Positions 27,370-31,693 of a stretch of 31,693 nt of DNA are shown here, piece after piece. The stretch comes from Candidatus Zixiibacteriota bacterium (lineage in GTDB: Bacteria > Zixibacteria > MSB-5A5 > CAIYYT01), in the NCBI GenBank assembly GCA_040235515.1, contig JBECKX010000189.1, positions 1-31,693 on the forward strand. Reading direction: 5' to 3'. Under the pieces are notes generated by a model that was not told the origin of the DNA, ran no database searches, and saw only the letters and a program-made list of their open reading frames with translations. Positions within the stretch are counted from its first letter, which is position 1. Each line of letters starts with the position of its first letter. Both the position numbers and the translations under genes were made by a program.

Positions 27370-27398
27370 TTGCCCTTCAGCTTGAATCCCCCTAAACT
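27370..27398 (+). promoter_or_regulatory. Putative promoter giving a leaderless xerC mRNA
   Basis: TTGCCC-N17-TAAACT, then 6 nt, then ATG; no Shine-Dalgarno sequence. Confidence 0.5.
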
Positions 27399-27404
27399 GC
27401 GCAC

Positions 27405-28316
27405 ATGTCGAGCAGTTTCGTAAAGTACCTGGATGCCTTCATTGACTACCTGAAAAACGTGCGTGGCTACTCCGAACACACGCTGCGGGCATACTCCGTC
27501 GACCTCGGCGACTTCACCACGTTTTGGAATGAGCAGGGGATCGAGGATGCTCAGCTCAAGCAGCGATTTCATCCCGCCATCAGAACCTATCTCTACGGTC
27601 TTAAGAACAAGTCGCTTTCCAATCGCAGTATCGTCAGGCGGCTCTCCGCGTTGCGCACCTACATCAAGTTTCTCCAATCTCAGGGGTATCTTGACAGCGA
27701 ACTTGACCTCGGCTGGCAGCGATTCAAGCTGGATCGTAAGCTGCCCGACTTCCTGTCGGAAGCGCAGGCGGCTCAACTGATGGAGCTACCGACGGGGGAT
27801 GATTTCCTCAGTTTACGCGATCGAGCGATCCTTGAGATCTTCTACCAGTGCGGGCTGCGCCTCTCCGAGCTGTCAGAGCTTTCTGAGACTGCGATTGACT
27901 GGAACGCCAATTTGCTCCGTATCAGGGGCAAGGGCAAGAAAGTGCGGATGGTGCCCTTTGGTTCGATTGCGGTACAGCGGCTGAAAGCTTATCTTACCCG
28001 CCGCGCCGAGAAATTCGGATTGGGACACGACCGAGTTTTCCTGAGTCGATCGGGCAATCCGCTCACCTCCCGATCGATCGCCAGGATAGTCGTGAAGTAT
28101 TCGGGCAAGCTGCGTGAAGGGAAGAGCATCTCTCCGCACAAGCTGCGGCACTCGTTCGCGACCCACATGCTCGACAATGGTGCCGATTTGATGGCGGTGG
28201 CTGAACTGCTCGGTCATGAATCGGTCAAGACCACCCAGGTGTATACTCACCTGACGACATCACGACTGAAGAAAGAGTATGAACGCGCTCATCCACGGGC
28301 GCACAGGAGAGATTGA
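27405..28316 (+). CDS. xerC: Tyrosine recombinase XerC
   Basis: [31 protein letters not shown] and LLGH...TTQVYTH motifs; topA-xerC-hslVU synteny. Confidence 0.92.
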   Translation: MSSSFVKYLDAFIDYLKNVRGYSEHTLRAYSVDLGDFTTFWNEQGIEDAQLKQRFHPAIRTYLYGLKNKSLSNRSIVRRLSALRTYIKFLQSQGYLDSELDLGWQRFKLDRKLPDFLSEAQAAQLMELPTGDDFLSLRDRAILEIFYQCGLRLSELSELSETAIDWNANLLRIRGKGKKVRMVPFGSIAVQRLKAYLTRRAEKFGLGHDRVFLSRSGNPLTSRSIARIVVKYSGKLREGKSISPHKLRHSFATHMLDNGADLMAVAELLGHESVKTTQVYTHLTTSRLKKEYERAHPRAHRRD

Positions 28317-28846
28317 TGTTTCATGCCACTACGATACTTGGGCTCCGCCACAACGGCAAAGTCGCGCTTGGTGGAGACGGCCAGGTGACATTTGATGATA
28401 CGATTATGAAGGCAACTGCCACCAAAATCCGCTCACTCAGTGAGGGGAAAATCCTCGCCGGATTCGCAGGTTCTTCGGCAGATGCCTTTACCCTGTTCGA
28501 GCGCTTCGAAACCAAGCTCGAGGAGTACTCCGACAATCTGCCGCGGGCGGCTGTGGAACTGGCGAAAGACTGGCGGCGGGACAAATACCTGCGTCAGCTG
28601 GAAGCCCTGCTTGCCGTCGTAGACGCCGACCATGCTCTGGTGATTTCAGGGCTGGGGGATGTCGTGGAGCCTGATGATGGCGTGGTCGCTATCGGTTCGG
28701 GTGGTCCCTATGCCCTGGCGGCCTGTCGGGCGCTGATGACGAACAGCAAACTGGGGGCGGAACAGATCGTTCGCAAGTCGCTCGAAATCGCCGCGGATAT
28801 CTGTATTTACACCAATCGCCACATCACAATCGAAACGTTGAAGTAG
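28316..28846 (+). CDS. hslV: ATP-dependent protease subunit HslV
   Basis: MFHA-TTI (short propeptide before the catalytic Thr), GDGQVT, GFAG, IGSGG and ICIYTN motifs; TGATG overlap with xerC. Confidence 0.97.
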   Translation: MFHATTILGLRHNGKVALGGDGQVTFDDTIMKATATKIRSLSEGKILAGFAGSSADAFTLFERFETKLEEYSDNLPRAAVELAKDWRRDKYLRQLEALLAVVDADHALVISGLGDVVEPDDGVVAIGSGGPYALAACRALMTNSKLGAEQIVRKSLEIAADICIYTNRHITIETLK

Positions 28847-28885
28847 ACTTGGGCGACGCTCCCCTGAACCAACGCCAATTTGGAA

Positions 28886-28914
28886 TTGATTTACCCCGGC
28901 AGTAGCATTATACT
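28886..28914 (+). promoter_or_regulatory. Putative internal promoter for hslU
   Basis: TTGATT-N17-TATACT in the 112-nt hslV-hslU gap. Confidence 0.6.
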
Positions 28915-28958
28915 TGCCAGTCTCAGGCAGTCGTTTGAGGCGCTGAGATGGAGGAACT

Positions 28959-30317
28959 TTGGAGAACCAACTCACCCCGAAGCAGATAGTAGCAGAATTA
29001 GATAAATATATCATCGGGCAGGATAACGCCAAGAAGATGGTCGCCATCGCTTTGCGCAATCGCTGGCGGCGCCAGGCCGTTGTGGATGATATCCGCCACG
29101 AGATTACACCGAATAATATCATCCTGATCGGTCCGACAGGAGTGGGCAAGACCGAAATCGCACGGCGACTCGCCAATTTGGCCGGTGCGCCGTTCGTTAA
29201 GGTCGAGGCTTCCAAGTTCACCGAAGTGGGATATGTCGGCCGCGATGTCGAGTCTATGATCCGCGACCTGGTGGAACTGTCGGTCCAGATGGTGCGGAAA
29301 GAGAAAGCTGAAACGGTCAAGGAGAAGGCGGCACAACTCGCTGAGGATCGCGTGCTCGAAATTCTTCTCCCCCGTCCACGACCAGCCAGAAACCGCGAGG
29401 CTCAGGTCGCGGAGGATGAAGCGGAAGAGAAGTACCAGCGTACGCTGGCGAAGTTCCGCGAGCAACTGCGCAACGGCAATCTGAACACCCGCACGATCGA
29501 ACTTGAAGTCCCCTCGAATCGCTTCCCGGTCGTGGAGGTCTTTTCGCCTCAGGGCATGGAAGAACTCGGAGTCAATTTCCAGGACCTCTTTTCCGGGATG
29601 ATGCCCAAGAAAAAGAAGGTTCGTAAGGTGACCGTCGAAGAGGCGCTGAAGATCCTCGAGCAGGAGGAGGCCGCCAAGCTGATCGATATGGATGAGGTGA
29701 TCGCAGAGGCGCTTGAGCGAGTCGAGAATTCGGGCATAGTCTTTATCGATGAGATCGACAAGATCGCCGATGCCGACGGAGGGGGTTCCGGTCCCGACGT
29801 ATCGCGTGAGGGCGTGCAGCGTGATATCCTGCCGATCGTGGAAGGCTCAAACGTCAACACCAAGTATGGAATGGTCAAGACTGACCATGTGCTGTTCATC
29901 GCGGCAGGGGCGTTCCACGCAACCAAGCCCTCCGATCTGATTCCGGAATTGCAGGGCCGCTTCCCGATCCGCGTTGAACTCGATTCATTGAGTGCGGATG
30001 ATTTCGTCAGAATCCTGCTCGAACCGCAAAACGCTCTGACCAAGCAGTATGCGGCGCTCCTGGCAACGGAGGGGGTTACTGTCACATTCGATGATGCCGC
30101 GATCAAAGAGGTCGCCCGAATGGCCGCGCAGATAAACGAAACCGCTGAGAATATCGGCGCACGCAGGCTTCAGACCTTGATGACCAGCCTGCTCGAAGAG
30201 GTAATGTTCAACCTGCCCGACGGCAAGACCAAGAAGATTCGAGTTACGAAGACGAAGGTTCAGAGCACGTTGAAGGGAATCATCGAGGATGAGGATTTGC
30301 GGAAGTATATCCTTTGA
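28959..30317 (+). CDS. hslU: ATP-dependent protease ATPase subunit HslU
   Basis: [35 protein letters not shown] and NIGARRL motifs, C-terminal YIL. TTG start after GGAGG. Confidence 0.98.
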   Translation: MENQLTPKQIVAELDKYIIGQDNAKKMVAIALRNRWRRQAVVDDIRHEITPNNIILIGPTGVGKTEIARRLANLAGAPFVKVEASKFTEVGYVGRDVESMIRDLVELSVQMVRKEKAETVKEKAAQLAEDRVLEILLPRPRPARNREAQVAEDEAEEKYQRTLAKFREQLRNGNLNTRTIELEVPSNRFPVVEVFSPQGMEELGVNFQDLFSGMMPKKKKVRKVTVEEALKILEQEEAAKLIDMDEVIAEALERVENSGIVFIDEIDKIADADGGGSGPDVSREGVQRDILPIVEGSNVNTKYGMVKTDHVLFIAAGAFHATKPSDLIPELQGRFPIRVELDSLSADDFVRILLEPQNALTKQYAALLATEGVTVTFDDAAIKEVARMAAQINETAENIGARRLQTLMTSLLEEVMFNLPDGKTKKIRVTKTKVQSTLKGIIEDEDLRKYIL

Positions 30318-30359
30318 TTCGACTGAAGAATCGTTCGTGGTGTAAGCTGAGATGAGAGC

Positions 30360-31693
30360 ATGATGAATAGAACACGATCCAATCGTAGTAGCCTGGTAGA
30401 GAAAGTCAAAGCCGGAAAATGGTTTGCCACGTTCAGGGGACAGGCAGTGCTGCTGTTGACTCTGCTCGTGTGGAACACGCCTGCGTCGGCGCAGGAACTG
30501 CCGATCTCTGCGGATTTGCAGGAGAGCCGGGAGCAGGTGAAATCGCTGGAAGCGCAGCTCAACAATACCGGCGCTCTGCTCGACAGGGCGGTTGATCCCA
30601 ATGTCTACGTTATCGGACCGGGCGACAGACTCCTGGTTTCGTTTTATGAAATGTCACTCCCCCCGTTGACACTTGAGGTCTTGCCGGAAGGCGTTGTCTC
30701 GATCGCCGGGGTGGGTGAGGTGAAGTTGGGTCCGATCACGCTGGCGAAAGCCAAGGAGAAGATCCTCGCTGCGCTTCGTCCGCGCTATCGTGATCAGTCA
30801 GCATCCGTGACGCTCGCAGCCGTACGCAATTTCAAAGTCGCCGTGACGGGTGCGGTTGGCATGCCGGGCGCCGTTGTGGTGAGCGCCGCCGATCGTGTTT
30901 CGGAGGCGGTGACGCGAGCGGGTGGGCTGCTTGCCAAGGGGTCGCGGCGCAGTATCAAGCTCATCAGCGACAGCGATACCGTGGTCGCCGACCTCGCCTA
31001 CTTCGAAGCAACCGGACAGAGCCACATGAACCCGTATCTTCACGAGGGTTACGAGATCTATGTCCCGGCCATTTCAGACTCGTTCGCCACTATCGAGTCA
31101 TTCGGCGCGGTTACGATGCCGGGCAAGTTCGAGTATCGTGAGGGAGACCGGGTCTCCACACTCCTCGACCTCTCTTTCGGCCCCTCGCTTGACGCCGACC
31201 TCGGACAGGCAGAGTTGATTCGGTTTGCCGATGACGATTCGACAACGATGGCGATGAATGTCAACCTGCGCGATGTCCTGGCGGATCGTTCGTCGTCTGC
31301 CAACATTGCCCTCAAGCCGGACGACCGACTCTTTGTCAGGGCGATTGCGAATTTCCGACCCAAGGAGCAGGTGCAGATTGTTGGTGAGGTCAAGTACCCG
31401 GGCACTTATCCGATCAAACCGGGCTGCGAGACGCTGGCGGAACTGATCGAGTACGCCGGTGGGTTGCTGGAGACAGCATCGCTTGACGAAGCGGAGATGT
31501 ATCGAAGTTCACGGTTTGCGGAAAACAACGAGAACAGCTTCGAGCAGTTGCTGCAACTCTCGACCGAAAAACTCACCGACTTTGAGGTTCAGTATCTCAA
31601 GGAGCTTTCGGCCCAGAAGCCGGGCCGCGTCGCCGTTGACTTCAATCTGCTGTTGGTCGGCAAGTACTCGCAGGTTGATGTACCGTTGCTGGC
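30360..31693 (+). CDS. SLBB-domain polysaccharide export protein (Wza/KpsD-like), 3'-truncated
   Basis: Manual translation: signal peptide (...LLLTLLVWNTPASA), VDPNVYVIGPGD, VLPEG, VAVTGAVGMPG, AGGL, LKPDD and VQIVGEVKYPGTY. The frame is open to the window end, which is why it is absent from the ORF track. Confidence 0.88.
   Translation, partial: MMNRTRSNRSSLVEKVKAGKWFATFRGQAVLLLTLLVWNTPASAQELPISADLQESREQVKSLEAQLNNTGALLDRAVDPNVYVIGPGDRLLVSFYEMSLPPLTLEVLPEGVVSIAGVGEVKLGPITLAKAKEKILAALRPRYRDQSASVTLAAVRNFKVAVTGAVGMPGAVVVSAADRVSEAVTRAGGLLAKGSRRSIKLISDSDTVVADLAYFEATGQSHMNPYLHEGYEIYVPAISDSFATIESFGAVTMPGKFEYREGDRVSTLLDLSFGPSLDADLGQAELIRFADDDSTTMAMNVNLRDVLADRSSSANIALKPDDRLFVRAIANFRPKEQVQIVGEVKYPGTYPIKPGCETLAELIEYAGGLLETASLDEAEMYRSSRFAENNENSFEQLLQLSTEKLTDFEVQYLKELSAQKPGRVAVDFNLLLVGKYSQVDVPLL

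Noticed and set aside
27405..28316. Tyrosine recombinase as a mobile-element integrase
   Set aside because: Size, motifs and the topA-xerC-hslVU context indicate housekeeping XerC; there are no cargo genes or att repeats.
1..31693. CRISPR array, IS, prophage or defence island
   Set aside because: No spaced direct repeats, terminal inverted repeats, transposase, phage or defence genes were recognised; nearly all sequence is accounted for by housekeeping genes.

Overview
Core-genome window of a diderm (Gram-negative) bacterium. The gene set and sequence signatures suggest the FCB superphylum, possibly Zixibacteria-like; this is inference, not a database result. In order, it contains: bamA (5'-truncated)-skp-skp'-lpxD; an MscS channel plus an SLC12/CCC-type transporter; a reverse-strand class-V PLP cysteine desulfurase/selenocysteine lyase-like gene with a small coupled partner; a 63-aa Cys4 protein behind a perfect sigma70 promoter; a degenerate TIGR03960/TIGR03936-type radical-SAM fusion-rsmB-PASTA-rpe; a family-6 UDG; csaA; ffh-rpsP-khpA-rimM-trmD-rplS-rnhB-yraN; reverse-strand rqcH plus a DUF4296-like gene; yicC-gmk-rpoZ; topA-xerC-hslV-hslU; and a 3'-truncated SLBB polysaccharide-export gene that is missing from the ORF track. 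No CRISPR array, IS element, prophage gene or complete tRNA/rRNA gene was seen. The most interesting stretch is 8487-12675. It holds a candidate Zn-ribbon homologue of ribosomal protein bL38 (DUF4295), a tRNA T-arm-like hairpin, and an intact radical-SAM fusion that has lost its Fe-S cysteine motifs (a candidate pseudoenzyme) coupled to rsmB. Also notable are a conserved Skp paralogue with no signal peptide, an RqcH that appears to lack its HhH domain, and a TrmD with two active-site acidic residues replaced. All family assignments come from motif recognition by eye.
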